Shown here: piece after piece, positions 1 through 13,469 of the stretch
Layout of the letters: each line of letters opens with the position of its first letter
Numbering within the stretch: the first letter of the stretch is position 1
DNA from: Antedon mediterranea
Taxonomy: Eukaryota > Animalia > Echinodermata
Assembly: GCF_964355755.1 (NCBI RefSeq)
Contig: NC_092677.1
Span: 2,068,101-2,132,100, forward strand
Length of the DNA stretch: 64,000 nucleotides
Reading direction: 5' to 3'
Program-made: the position numbers and the translations under genes
Notes under the pieces: model-generated
The model's input: the letters and a program-made list of their open reading frames with translations, nothing else
Database searches by the model: none
Told to the model about the DNA's origin: nothing

Positions 1-88
1 AGTTAAAGATAGCAATGCTATAAAGAATAACTGGCTATTACTATAAATTAATTAATAACTATAAGTTAAAATAGATTTTAATACTTAC

Positions 89-2499
89 TGAATCTTGTTA
101 TGATAATTGTATATCATATATGCAATACCGATTAGCAAAACAAGAAAAGTAGGAGCAACAATGGCAATGGAGTCAAAATTACTTGTTTCATTGGTGGTGT
201 CTGTGGGCACAACCAAAAAATGTTTATTCACTTTTAGACCAGGTCATAGGATATACAGTAAGTTCAGTAACAATTACTGTAGGAAGGGCTGTGCATGCAA
301 AAAGAATTTTACAAAAGGCTCAAAGAGAAACATGAAAAGTTACAAAATATCTTTTTCACAATCTAATCTTTTTTATGTACAGTACAGTATACCTAAAATG
401 CAACATGGAATAACATGATCTGAGGTTTATTAGATGGATTAGTTAAGAAGACATATGAATGAGTGCATATAAAATAATTTTTTTGTTTTTGGTTCACAGT
501 AAAGTAGTTAGTAGTGGTAATAAATTTCAAATTGTGGTCAGCACCAATCCATGTGGTGGCCGAGAACAGATTTATATTTCATTCACACAATATTTAACTG
601 AAAAGTTGTTCTGAATGCAGAAAATTGTACTTCATTAAAGTAATTCATTGCTATAATTTTGAAACATTTAGTAATACCTGTGCTGTGTGTAAGGGATATT
701 TCATTTGTATCATTTTCTTCTGCTTCTGAAAATACAAGAAACATTTTAAGAAAAATAATTGTTTGTTTTTGGTCAGCAGCAAAGTAGTTGTGGTCATAAA
801 TATCAAATTGTGGTCAGAACCCAGTAAAATTTTTAAGTATATTTAAGCAAAATTTGAAAATAACAGATTTATATTTCATTCACACAATATTCAACTGCAA
901 ATTTTGAAACATTTAGTATTACCTGTGCTGTGTGTAAGGGATATTTCATTTGTATCATCATCTTCTGCTTCTGAAAATACAAGAAACATTGTAAGAAAAA
1001 TAATACATGCTATGGTATTAACTGATACATTGGGTAAGAAAATCAGTGTTCACATTGGCTGAAATTTAAATTTACTGGTCATATTGTTTTAACACAAACC
1101 TTGTTTAAGACAGTTAACTGGGGCTGCAGTTTCAATTACGCAGCTAGTGGACCCAGTGGACCTGTACAGTACCAAATAGAAACGTGGACAACATGTTTTG
1201 TGTTTCAGATATAACTTTTTAATTACTGTTAATTAAATTCAATTGATTCAAATTTCTTTATATAGATCAATAGTAATTACTACAGTCATTGTTAAATACT
1301 GTAAATACCTTGATTAATCAAATAATTTATCATGACACCATTAATTATCAAAAACCAATTGCTTCATAATCATACCAACAAATTATTTATCACTAGTTCA
1401 TTTAAAATATTACTGTATAATTGTTTTTGATTATTGATTATATTACACAAATCAGCAGTTCAAGGTGCATAACATAACCATGTCCAATTCCTCTATGATA
1501 ATTTATGTAACTGAATAATTGTTATACAATAAACACATAGTTACCAACCATATCACATTGTCATCGTCATCAGGTCCCGCATTTCAAAGTGATTTTTAAT
1601 GAAACACGCATTTTGAACAAACACATGCATGACCACATACTGTATTTGTCACACATTTAGCAGAAGTACAGGTATGCGTGATCATCTTTTATCACCATTT
1701 GAGAGGAAAATGCATTCAAATTTATTGGTATAATTTTAAAAGTATAAAACAGTTATGCAAGTATTTGTTAATAAACACCACACATATCAACAAAAATATG
1801 TGTACCGTACCAGAAGTACCTTATTATCGGTGACTTCCCCCTGACGTTCGCAATGGGAGTGTCTTTTCCGGCTAACTAGAGGCGCTATTTATCATGAATT
1901 TTACGTGCTAGTACCATTTCAGGCCATCTAGGGGTGTCAGTGAACTAAATTTGCTCCGCAACAGGCCCTACCATGGGGAGGGGGAAGGGCTGTGGCTCAA
2001 ATACTTTGTGTCCGAACTCACACTCCTCCCCACCCAAAAAATGGTGTAGGCTCCTATGCTTTTCAAATCTCTCAGGTTGGTACAGTAACTACTATGTAAA
2101 CAGCAATACCAAACATGTTATCACTACTATTTGAAAGAATAATGACCATTGTTATTATTCATGGACTAATTCCTCCATGTGTATACTTACCTTTAATTAT
2201 TAACTTGATATTCTCTGAATGTGGTATATGAATACCCTGGAAGATTTGTGTCAATCCAAAAACCACATCACCTTCATCCAGCATTGACGGTTTATCAATA
2301 ATTAGTGATACATACGCTGACATGTTGTAGGTCACAGAATAATGCGATGTAGGGTCTGTACTTGTTATTGTTTGTAAAGTTTCTGTTCCGTTCATAAATT
2401 TACACCATGCAAACCAGGTTTGGTTAGCTGTTATTTCAGCATTTTTAACTTGAATACTGACTGTGCATATTTCTGCTTCAGTACACGTTTTCTCATATA
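89..2499 (-). CDS. Partial type-I membrane protein with an Ig-like ectodomain, Ser/Thr stalk and one TM helix; runs off the left edge and may be partly pseudogenised
   Basis: Phase 1-1 exon 2191-2499 reads YEKTCTEAEICTVSIQVK...WFAWCKF...VSLIIDKPSMLDEGDVVF..., an Ig-like pattern. Two near-identical 48-nt exons at 923-970 and 678-725 read EAE(D/E)xDTNEISLTHST. TM exon 89-200 reads DTTNETSNFDSIAIVAPTFLVLLIGIAYMIYNYHNKI. An upstream exon-like stretch at ~2900-3254 has stops and frameshifts. Confidence 0.55.
475..1003. repeat. ~245-bp tandem duplication containing a 48-nt exon
   Basis: Block gaaacatttagt..acctgtgctgtgtgtaagggatatttcatttgtatca..ttctgcttctgaaaatacaagaaacatt occurs at ~661 and ~906. 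Flanking blocks (aacagatttatatttcattcacacaatatt) are also doubled. Confidence 0.85.
1803..2086. mobile_element. Possible short MITE
   Basis: GC-richer island bounded by short imperfect inverted ends taccgtacca ... tggtacagta. Confidence 0.3.
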
Positions 2500-4029
2500 C
2501 TAAAATCAGAAAAAAAATGTTTTTATAATTTTATATCAATACTTAGTCACACCCAAGTTTATGCTTATAAGTATACGACACCATCTATCTTGTTTTTGTG
2601 GCATAGTATACTTTGCTTAAATTTTCCAGTAAGATTTTTCTCATAGACCTATTTACAACTAGTGTAATAATAGAGATGCATCATCCAATCTGTCTATTCA
2701 GTATTATGTAAGTTTATAACATTCCATACTTGTTTTCACACTGCTGCTCTAGCCAGCTACGTCCCATGAGGACTACTCATTCAGAAGCTAAAGTAAGCAG
2801 CATTTATAGTTCTAGAGGCCGACGTTTTTGGTACTTTGTAAACTAGAACGGGTCATGCTAAAATTACAAACCCGAAGTACGTCTGGGAGAAGAGAGTCTG
2901 TGAAAAAATTTGCTGATAATGCAGTATTAAAGATGCATGTAGACACAGTAATCTGTAAAATATTGTTCAATAAATAATGACTTTGTTCTTGCTGTCAACA
3001 TAGGCCAGTATTATAATAATTCACTGTCAAATGACCAAAACATTATTTCTGGTATTTACAATGAGTCCCATTTGACTGTCAATCTAGACGGATATTATAA
3101 TACTGTAATTCGCTGTCAGATAATCATTGAATTATCAAAACAGTCCATATAACAGTAAAGTTTTTGGTTGCAATAGGATACAATTTGTTGACACTTGAAG
3201 CATCTATAGGCTTGATGAAGTGACCCTCAGACTTGACATTAGCAATAAAATAAACTAAAGTGACAGAAAATTAGTCTGTTTAGTATAGTAAAGTAATATT
3301 ATTTAGACATTATTATTTAATAAGCACATCATCTTTACACATTCAGTATTTTTTATTTTTTTATTTCAATTGCACAATTATGACATATCAAAGTATGAAT
3401 TTTTGTTGTATTTTACTTCAAATACAAAACTTATTCACTTCTGTAACAAAAAATAATATTTATTCATGTATAAAAACAGAAAAGAAACGTTAATTATAAC
3501 CCAAAAACCATTGTCTGACAGACAATTTAAGTATTTTTTGCTTTAAATTACATTTTTTTAAAGTAAATACCGGTAATTGTGTGGTTAATGTGAATAACTA
3601 TTATGTGACAATAAAATGACACATTTAAAAACAAATTTGAAATAGAAAATATTTTTCAGGGGGACAATATAATATCTTTAAAACTGTTATGTCAACAAGC
3701 GAGCAGGGTTTTTTGTAAGAAATATTTCTTGTTTATATTGGGAAGGATAAAGCTTTTTTCCTATTAAACAACATTATATAAAATCTTAGATTTAAGATAA
3801 AATAATGATTGAAGGTATATTTGTTTACACTAGGGCCTATATTATTATTATTAGGCGATAATCAATGTTTGTTGACACGACGAATAATCACTACATTAAT
3901 TATTAGGCCCTATAATTAAACACCAAAAATTATGGAAAATCTACAGTACCACCAGTAAAAAGTGTAAACTATACGAAAAAGGACATATTATTAGAGTGTT
4001 AATTGAATTTTTATTTGGCGTCATAGGTC

Positions 4030-4100
4030 AACGCAATACCTACAGTGTTGACGCAATACCTACAGTGTTGACGCAATACCTACACTATTGACGCAATACG
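4030..4100. repeat. 20-bp minisatellite, ~3.5 copies
   Basis: Unit gacgcaatacctacagtgtt at ~4030, 4050, 4070 and 4090. Confidence 0.85.
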
Positions 4101-7100
4101 CATTGAATGTGACACAGCACATTCTCTCGCGCACGGCCGCTGCTAAAAAAAGGTGGTAGAGTACCAAAGAATTATTATTCTGTGGTAGTACTAGGCCTAG
4201 CCTAATTAAAATAACAGACAGAACAAAGTATACCATACCTTCTTTGGATTGAGTTAACGCTTTGGAGTAGTACTGTAACATTACACTTAGGCTTAGGCCT
4301 AAAGCTGCAATTTTAAAATTTAAGCAATTCATATTAGGCCTAATTAAATTAAAAAGGGACTCGATCGTCGTCGTGACGAAAAAAAGAATGTTTTTAAACT
4401 TTAAGCTTTTAAAAAAGCTTGCTACTAAAAGAATAGTAACATGGTATGGAACGCCATTTATGCAATCATTCAATGATGAATCTAATTACGTGAATCGATG
4501 ACACAAACAGTGAAGATAAGTACAGTAGTATAATAATAAATAATAATAAATTTATAAAGCGCTTAATAATGACAGAAACAAACTCTAAGCGCTGTACAAA
4601 AAAATAACATAAACGTCCGGTCAATTGACGCAATATAATACCGACAATTAAACAATTTCCTAAAAAACTAGTAGGCCTAACTAATTTGAATTTCCGTCTT
4701 TTCTATGTCTTTTTTATACGTGTTTTGATATATGGCTGTTTGGAGCCTTGGTTCAGTTCAGTAGCTTAAGGAAATCACCTAAAGATAAAGAATGTCTCAA
4801 TGTTTAGTATGTAGTATTTATATATTCTTGTTGTGAGTTTTTAAAATTGGTATTGTTTCGTGTTGTTTTAATTGTAAATTGTAATTATGATGTATTTTAA
4901 GACGAGCAATGTAATTTTCTCCTTGTGGGGGAACGAATAAAGATTATACTTGATACTTGAGTAAATAAGACGTGTAAAATTATTAATCAGACCATTTTAA
5001 TCGATGATGTTTGTAATGTTAAAGCTTATGATACAGTTAGTAGCATAATGAAAGACAAGGCCCATCCACTCCATATAGTATCAATGGTTAAGATCTGGAA
5101 GGCGATTGCGGACTGCTCGAAATAGAACAAACTATAAACTATAAACTAAAAGAGCTTTGATTATTTTTTTTCTTGAAAAGTGCTAGGTCCAGTATACAGT
5201 AGTCCTAACTAGGCAAGTTACAGTACTGTTAATTAGTTATGCCAGGCAATGACATCTGCCAGAAAAGCAATATTAAATAACAACAATTAGATGCTGAGAT
5301 AGACCGTGCCGCATCGATAACAACAAAAATCTGAATGTTCATCCTAAAGAGTGTAGATCTACAATGCTTACATTCTATTCTGTTGTATTGAAGTGAGATG
5401 TGGACCAGCACTCAGCACACGTAAAATGAAACACAGACTCATGCTTTCAACTTTAGCTGCCTCCGCTCTATTCTTCATACATATGGGACCGAAAGATACG
5501 TAAAATACTAAAAATAATGGAAATTACAGGCGCAAATGTACACCATTTCTGCTGGACAAAGCATGTTTGTAGGTGGTTAGAGGATGAAAACGTTTCCAAA
5601 AACTACACTATTTGAAAAGAGACTTTGCTTCTTTCTAGATTCCAATCGCTTTCGGAGAAACCTCACAACTGATTGCTGTATCTGGAGATATTTTCTCATA
5701 ATGGAAAACAAACACTTTTGCAATGCAAAAAAATCAAAGAGAAAAAGACATACGAATGCTCCAACAGCTCATCCTCCTCATAGTGAGACAGATGTTAGAA
5801 ACAATTATAGATTCTCGATGCAAGCCAATGATGATCATGACTGCATATCGTAGTTTCTGATCATAATTAACAGGCATAGAACTCGACTGGAACCTTGTTG
5901 ATAAGGTGAAATGAAAATATACCACCAATATTTTCGAATCCAATATATCTGGTGAAGTCGAAGAAATGATGTGCAGGGTTGGAGGTTGCTATTCAATAGA
6001 ATAGAGTCATCAATTTCCTATATGCATACGTACAATTAAATACGGCCGTATACACGAACACAATTTAAAAAAAAATTATAATTCTCGAGATCTCATAGGA
6101 TAATGTTTATTAGCGATAAGACATCTCTAGACTTGCCCCAAGTCTGTATTTATTGTCTTTTTTTATGTTATTCCACCAGTCGACGTGTCGATTTTTGTCT
6201 GAAAATACAGTTTACAAGCTCAATTTAAATTAATACTAATGTATATATTATTGCTAAAATAAATTAAAACTTTGATAAATATTTTTTAAATACTAGTGAA
6301 CCTAATTAATGATACTTTGTACTGATAAAATGAATGAAAAATGATCTATTTTTTTTTAATGACATTGCAATATTGTTCTATTGGATAAATTATAATGATT
6401 AATGTACAGTATATTTATTTTTTATGCATATTGTAAATTTTTCTGTATTTTTTTCCTGTAATGTTTAATTTGTTTCTATATTATGTACTACAATAATTTA
6501 AGACTTGTTCTGCTTTTTGTAATGTTTTTTATATACCTGAATAAATAAATTATTTATTAATAGATATTTATATTTTTACTAATATTTAGTCAAAACTCCA
6601 TCTGGAACCCAGACTAACACATCTCATACAAACTAAGAAAAAAAAATCTAAATCCTAACCAAAGCATGGGAATACACACTAACCAGGGTTCGTTCTAAAT
6701 TAAACTTTTAGTATCAGTTGTGTCTTGGTTAGCTGCTGTACTCGGGCGCCTCCTACCTATGGACGGGATACAGACATTTTGATATTTTTAGAAAGATACA
6801 TATGAATGAATTTTGTAGAATAGAGTATTTTATTTGGTCTATACCAATCGTTTATGATAAATACACTTCAACTTGCTTATTTTTATAAAAGTATATGAAA
6901 TTAGTTTATAAAAAAAATAATAAACTCTGTGCATTAGAACTCTTTCACCAATAACTCAAAGCGTACATTGCTAATAAATTAAATCCAACAATATCTTAAA
7001 CTTTTCTCAAATAAACTGTTATAAGTTTGGGTAATAATAAAGCATTAATTCCATAAAAGATCTACAAGTGAATAGACCAATTGTTATGACTAAAATTACA

Positions 7101-7121
7101 TATTCCAGAAGACATTGAGCA

Positions 7122-7220
7122 TAATCACACGCTATTACTTGCACAGATCTGGGAGAACTCAGCGCTTTGAAACCTTTGTCTTTTGCGCTTTATAAATGTT
7201 ATTTATTATTATTATTATTA
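7122..7220 (+). mobile_element. 3' tail fragment of the L2-type LINE found at 30621-31607
   Basis: aatcacacgctattacttgcac..cagcgctttgaaacctttgtcttttgcgctttataaatgttattt(att)n is nearly the reverse complement of 30621-30720. Confidence 0.8.
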
Positions 7221-7837
7221 AGACTGTCATTACAATCCACTTATAAAGCAAAAATTGTCCATATAGTTTTATTCATTTTGAAATCATTGCACATTTTGTT
7301 GTCTTCTATCATTGTGTCTACTGTACTAACTACTATTAATTATTGATTATTACAAAAATCAATAGAAAAATAAAATATCGAGAGAATTTATAATATCAAA
7401 GCCAACTTCAAGAGAGGGAACTACAAAGATCAGGCGTGGCAAAGGTGGAAAATACAACATGAAAATAGAAAATCATATTCACATAATTTTGTTTACAATA
7501 AATATTGCTTATTCTATAAAAGTACATGAAACTAATATATAAAAATACTAAAAACCATCATAATAGAACTCTTTCACCAAAAGTGTGCATTAATAAGAAT
7601 ATAATTATTCTGTAAGAAATGTTATAAATTTTGCATAAAAAATTGTGTAAAAAGTGCACCTCATACCATGAGAAATTATTATGCAAATGATATTCTTATT
7701 CTTATATTAAATTAATTATGGTAAATAAATTTACTTATTCTTTTTATCAAATATTCAACAAAACGAATTTGTCCATAGTTTTATTCATTTTGAAATCATT
7801 GCACATTTTGTTCGTTGGTGGAAGAGTTCACATCATG

Positions 7838-10800
7838 TCATTGTGTCTTCTTAGTGTCATTTTCTATATCGTCAATAGTATCTGGAAGAGGTTGGTTCAA
7901 TGTCTCTGGTAGCAGAGACGCTGATATCCCAGACGATAACGCAAGCAACCCAAACACACGGAACATCATCAATTTCCCCTGTAATGATAATACTGTACAA
8001 GTAAGTAATACATGACACAGCTTAATATCTCATCCGAAGGATGGAGTACTATATTGTGCACACTTAAAGGAGAAATAGTTTTTCAAACTAAAAAATGGAT
8101 TGAAGTAGGGAATAAGGGACTGCTCGACATATACTTACATACGGTGCAACCATAGGTGCAATAGCGCCCCCTATCCTTGCTGACATGGTACACAAAGCAA
8201 GAGCACTACTCCTAAAAATAAACAAAACTACATTTAAATGTACTAAATAATAATAATCAAAATAGAAAGTAGATGAAAAAATTAGACAACTTATATATCT
8301 GTTACCTCACCTAACCTCTCCAGGCCTCATGGCCCATCATAAGGCTGCAATATCTTATCTGTACTGTATACATATACTTGTGTATTTAAGAACAAAACAT
8401 GACTTTATATGCCAAGTTAAATTTCCACCCTATCCATCCATACACTGCCAGTGACTATGAATACTGGTTTCGATAACATAATTTAACTTGTCACTAAGAA
8501 TTTAAGTTCAGTTTACCTTGCTGATGTTGGAGCTAACTCGCTTGAATAAATATAAATAACATTAAAACCAGCTGACACGCCCATTTTACCAATCAAAGCT
8601 AACATAGTTTGCATCATCTCAGCACTGCTGCCTGTGTGATAAAACAAACAAAAAACACAATAAACTTGTTATATTATATTTGTCTAATATCTATACATAT
8701 CTTATATGTACTCTACATGTTTATAGAGAATGAATACAGTAGTTACTTGCAACAATAATAATAATCAGTTTTATCGTTGAAAAGATTTTAAATAAAAAGT
8801 TAAATTATTATTAATGTTATAATGTAATGTTTGTATGTTTAAGGGTTCTTACTCGACGTCAGTGATTTAGTTCACTTTTGGTTTTCCAAATGTTTTTGTT
8901 ATTTTATTGTTGTACCTTTGTATTGTCCTTGGTTTTTTTTAGATGAATAAATGAAATGAAACACAGTCACAACCATTTTCTTTTTAAAAAAGTTGCTAAC
9001 TAATAATAATAATCTTTAGTAAATAGTTTTCTTTTCTTGACATTTTAAAATCAAATATTAGAGAGACTAACCTGCATTATCTGGAATAAAAATAAGTAGC
9101 AGACATGCCAGGCCACCTAATATGTTGCAGCCACTCAACATTGCACGACGACCAATTCTATTAATTTAAAACATTTTAGAATTTATTATTTTTAACATTA
9201 CATACATACATACATATGGGATCTTCCTCTTCTACGTCGTAGAACTGGAGTCGAAAACATATTCAGCACCAAATAGCCTACTAAGGTGTTCGTTAAGAAT
9301 TACATAGAATAACTTGAACTGTCCATAGTAATGAATATCGGACAGATTATAAGAATAAGAGAGTTTTTTTTAAATTTCATACGCATCCAACAGTGAGCAA
9401 TTTGCCAATTACAGGATGGATAAACTATTTTATAATTTATCATGCTTATAAACTAAGTCTTATTTGAGGCTTAGGGAGTGGAGTTGAAAGAGTCATGAGT
9501 TACATCCCTGGCACTAGGGCAGGATTTAACACAGGACCTTGAGATTGGAAGGGCAAGAACTTTAAACACTAAGCTTGACTACATTGTAAGTTATACAACC
9601 CAAGAATATGGGTCAAATAAGTTGTTGCTACCCGACATATATCCATACTTACACATCAAGAAGCAATACACAGGCTACATACGCTGGAAGTTCAACGAGA
9701 CCAGAGAGTGCTAGGCTGATGTAGGCATTGCTACCAATATCACCAGCTCCCATTGTTAACCCCATATACACCACACTACAAGCAAACCTACAAACACAAA
9801 ACATTCAATTCTTGAGTTATCCTTTATGGAAATACCTAGTAACATTTTTCTTAAATACAGTTCTACTCTTTTACATATCTACAAAAACAAATTCTGGGTT
9901 CGAATCATGGGGAAGCTTTTTCTCATTATCACAGATTTCTTCATCTTACCCATTTAAAACTGAATCGATTATTTTACAGTACAGTATATCAGTTAGGAGT
10001 TTATCGATGCATATCAAATCCACCAAAAACTCTGTTATCATAAATAAACTTGGTGTCTGGTACGAGGACTGAATTGCCCGTATAATCTAATTTTAAAAAT
10101 TTAGTCAATTCATATTTAAATGTTGTTCTGTCAATATATAAATGTAACTTTCTTTTAGTGTATAAACTCACCATGTAAATATTTGTATAACCATTCTCCG
10201 TCGAATGTTAGGTGTCCTGAAAAATTCAGCATATCCTACCGATTGAGGTTGGCTTACTTTCTCTTTTTGACTGCTTTTAGTTGGTCTTGCGAGTGCAATA
10301 TCTGTTCTAAGTATTTGTTTCTTGTTTCTTAAAGCCATTTTGAACAGTAGAGCTTCTGCTTGGGTTAACTTTCCCTTAGAAGCCAACCACCGAGGTGATT
10401 CTGGCAAAATCCTTAAAAACGCAATAATCAAGTAAGTTCAAGTTATCTTATATAAGGTAAAGGTGAGTCCCGCGTTCTCTGAACGTAGGGGAATGAGCTG
10501 TTAGGAGCTCATTGTACTAAGCCTCGGCATTATGTGGTAGGGTGGCCAGTTCCTTTCCACGCCGCCTTTTTTCTCCCTATTATTTTCAACTAGGTACTCA
10601 TTTACAGCTGAGTGGACTGGGAGTTGTCAGGAATTGAACCCGGGTCTTTCTGTATGACAGTCAAGTGTCCTAACCACTCGGCTATCAAACACCACAATCT
10701 TATATAACATGGTATAAAAACAAAATTGGTTTCTGTTTAAAGCCAAAAAACTAGATACAATTTTTTTTAAAGCACTAGGCAGATAACCAACTTACCATAT

Positions 10801-12813
10801 ATAAAATACAAATGACATAAACATAGTATGACATTGAAAATAACGTGACATCAGAGATGGGATGAAATTAGTGGTGATAAATTGATGACAATGAAGATGA
10901 TAATGATGATAATGATGATAATGGTGATGATAATGATGATAATAATGATGATTATGATGACTGAGGATGATTATATTGACAATGATTTTGCTGATTGTCA
11001 TGATGTACTGACAATAATCATGGTGTGATATATAATCAATACTAAAAGTAAAATCTTACCAATAAAGAGAAAGATAAAAAATAAATGGAATTCCTGAAGC
11101 AAACGATAGCTGTCTCCAGTCTCGTATGAGATAAGCTAAACCACCACAGGCCTAAAGGTAAGACAAGAAAAAACAACATAAAAAAAAATGCAGACAATAT
11201 TACTGATTATTGATGCCAAAAACAAACTTACAGTATTGTATGGAAATTCAAAATTCTTTATTATTTTCTATTCTTCATAATGAAATACTAAAGTATAAAC
11301 TTACTGCTATTCCTACAGTATACTCTTATTAGTATATAAACTTACTGCTATTCCTACAGTATACTCTTATTAGTATATAAACTTACTGCTATTCCTACAG
11401 TATACTCATAGTATAAACTTACTGCTATTCCTACAGTATACTCATAGTATAAACTTACTGCTATTCCTACAGTATACTCATAGTATAAACTTACTGCTAT
11501 TCCTACAGTATACTCTTATTAGTATATAAACTTACTGCTATTCCTACAGTATACTCTTATTAGTATATAAACTTACTGCTATTCCTACAGTATACTCTTA
11601 TTAGTATATAAACTTACTGCTATTCCTAAGGCAAAGACTACTTGTACCATAGTTCCAGCTAGCACTCGGTAAGAAGCACCTACGTTCTCAGTTGAGTATA
11701 CAAAAATAACCAATCCTGTGCCTCCTACTGCAGCACCATTGATGAACCTAAGATATAAGCAAAACAACCTATGATTGGCCAAAAGTTTTGAAACAAAATG
11801 AAAATAGTAATTCAAAATTTCAAAAAATTCAGAAAACAGAATATTTTAGCAGAAACAGAAATAAAAAAAAGAGAGAGTAAAACAAAGTGTAATACAGAAT
11901 ACCTACTTAAGGAATGCAAACTGTAAGTAAGTTTGGGTTGTTCCACTTAAGATAGAGGTGGTTGCCAAGAGAACAATACCAGCAAATAATGTTTTCCTCC
12001 TTCCAATAGCATCTGACTGTGGACCCCATATTAATCCTCCAAATAACACCCCTATCATGTACATGGATTGAACCAAACTTGCTTTGTAGTTTTCTCCACA
12101 AATAAGTTTAAACTAGAAAGATAATCAAAGTATCAAGCTGGAGCATAATGATTGGATGGTGAGGAACGTCATTGCAGGATGGAAAGGGTTATCAAAGTAT
12201 CAAGCTATAGTATAATGATTGGATGGTGAGGAACGTCATTGCAGGATGGGAAGGGTTATCAAAGTATCAAGCTATAGTATAATGATTGGATGGTGAGGAA
12301 CGTCATTGCAGGATGGGAAGGTTTGGGAGAGAATTTCACAATGCGTATATACAAACAACAAATCACATACTTACACGACGTTGTGATGTTCGCTCCCAAA
12401 CCCTTCCCACCATGCATCACGCTATTTGCGATAAATTTTATTGATTATCATAGTGAAAATGATGTTAAAATCATTTATTTACAATCATGAGGACAGGTAA
12501 TTAGAGATATGAGAATGAAATTAAATGATCAATTTAATAACAACTTATAATAGTGACGATTGACATATACCTCAGACACTATTGATGTGAACTCATCAAC
12601 AAATTTAATGTTCTCACATGACTTCTCCATCTGGCAAACAGCTTCTCCGTGTATGTTGGGATCAGTGCATAGAAATGATGGTTCCTTAGCAACAAATGCT
12701 AAGTTGACCTGCTGGAATGCGAGTAGGATGCCCAACGAGGTCACCAAAGAAGATTGCACGACCTGAGCCAATCCGAACTCACCAACTTTTGATAAGGCGC
12801 TGTCAAAATCCAT
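7838..12813 (-). CDS. SLC22A15: SLC22 organic cation/zwitterion transporter, SLC22A15-like, copy A (~486 aa, 10 coding exons)
   Basis: Exons 12571-12813, 11907-12112, 11618-11747, 11060-11151, 10172-10411, 9653-9787, 9072-9157, 8517-8631, 8139-8211 and 7838-7978 are all GT-AG and frame-consistent. Motifs: MDFDSALSKVGEFG, FTSIVSE, SDAIGRR, LPESPRWL, IGRR, IYSSEL, LPETL. The short first extracellular loop fits SLC22A15-like members; exact orthology is inferred. Confidence 0.88.
10454..10690 (-). mobile_element. tRNA-derived SINE
   Basis: On the - strand: A box TAGCCGAGTGG, B box GGTTCAATTCC, central motif CCAGTCCACTCAGCTGTAAATGAGTACC and an ACCTTT-type 3' tail. Confidence 0.75.
10870..11030. 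repeat. (GAT/AAT)n degenerate microsatellite
   Basis: gatgataatgatgataatgatgata... Confidence 0.85.
11292..11628. repeat. 41/36-bp minisatellite made of the exon-3 5' splice junction (9 donor copies)
   Basis: cttactgctattcc at 11300, 11341, 11382, 11418, 11454, 11490, 11531, 11572 and 11613. On the - strand each unit reads GAATAGCA|GTAAGTTT...CTGTAG. Confidence 0.92.
12124..12323. repeat. 67-bp tandem repeat, 3 copies, next to a splice acceptor
   Basis: atcaaagtatcaagct..ataatgattggatggtgaggaacgtcattgcaggatgg at 12124, 12191 and 12258. Confidence 0.9.
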
Positions 12814-13469
12814 CTTCTTGTCGTTCTAACTATTCTGAAAAATAAGTAAAGCAACGTCATTGTTGAAAAATAAAAATGAGATTGTATTTCCTGGTTGTTG
12901 ATAATTCTTCACCTATGACCTATGTCTTTCATTTGTAAATACTAAAACAAATCATTGTTTCTGGACAATAAATTAATGTTTAATTTAAATGGTGATGATA
13001 CTGCCTGGTACAATCTCTTATTTTACTAAAATTGCAGTACTCTATCATTAATTATTAATATCAATAAATCAACTATTATGTGTAAACTATTTTTTATCAT
13101 CTCATAAACAATGTTACTATGCTAGTGTACTAGTAGTTGTTAGAAACTACATACTACAGTACAGTTGCCTATTAAACAGACACAACTGGTTAGGCCTAGG
13201 GCTACTGCTAGTATACAGCCAATGCCCGCACACACGGTCGGTTCTCACCGGAAACTTTTTCGCCTGATGGTTACTAGGGCTAGGCCTAGCTATAACTATA
13301 TAGCTAGGCTTGTAGCCTAGCCTAGGTACCCGATAGATAGGAGGAGTCCGAGTGGCCTCTTTTTTTTGTGTAAATTCGATAATTGAATCTAGAATTAATT
13401 AAGCTTATAGTACTGTTTTAAAATAGATGATTTGTCTCACAATAAAAAAACATCCCATTTATTTTTACC

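Noticed and set aside
107-418. 103-aa ORF on the + strand and other short antisense ORFs over real exons
   Set aside because: They are shadows of opposite-strand or alternative-frame exons, with no independent coding signal.
4060-4473. 137-aa ORF on the - strand
   Set aside because: It ends in a minisatellite and crosses TAGGCCTA-rich DNA. At most it contains a short 5' exon of the Ig-like gene.
9470-9580. Third SINE copy
   Set aside because: Only a very degenerate tRNA-like head can be discerned, too weak to call.
10792-11001. His-rich 69-aa ORF
   Set aside because: Translation of a (GAT/AAT)n microsatellite inside an SLC22 intron.
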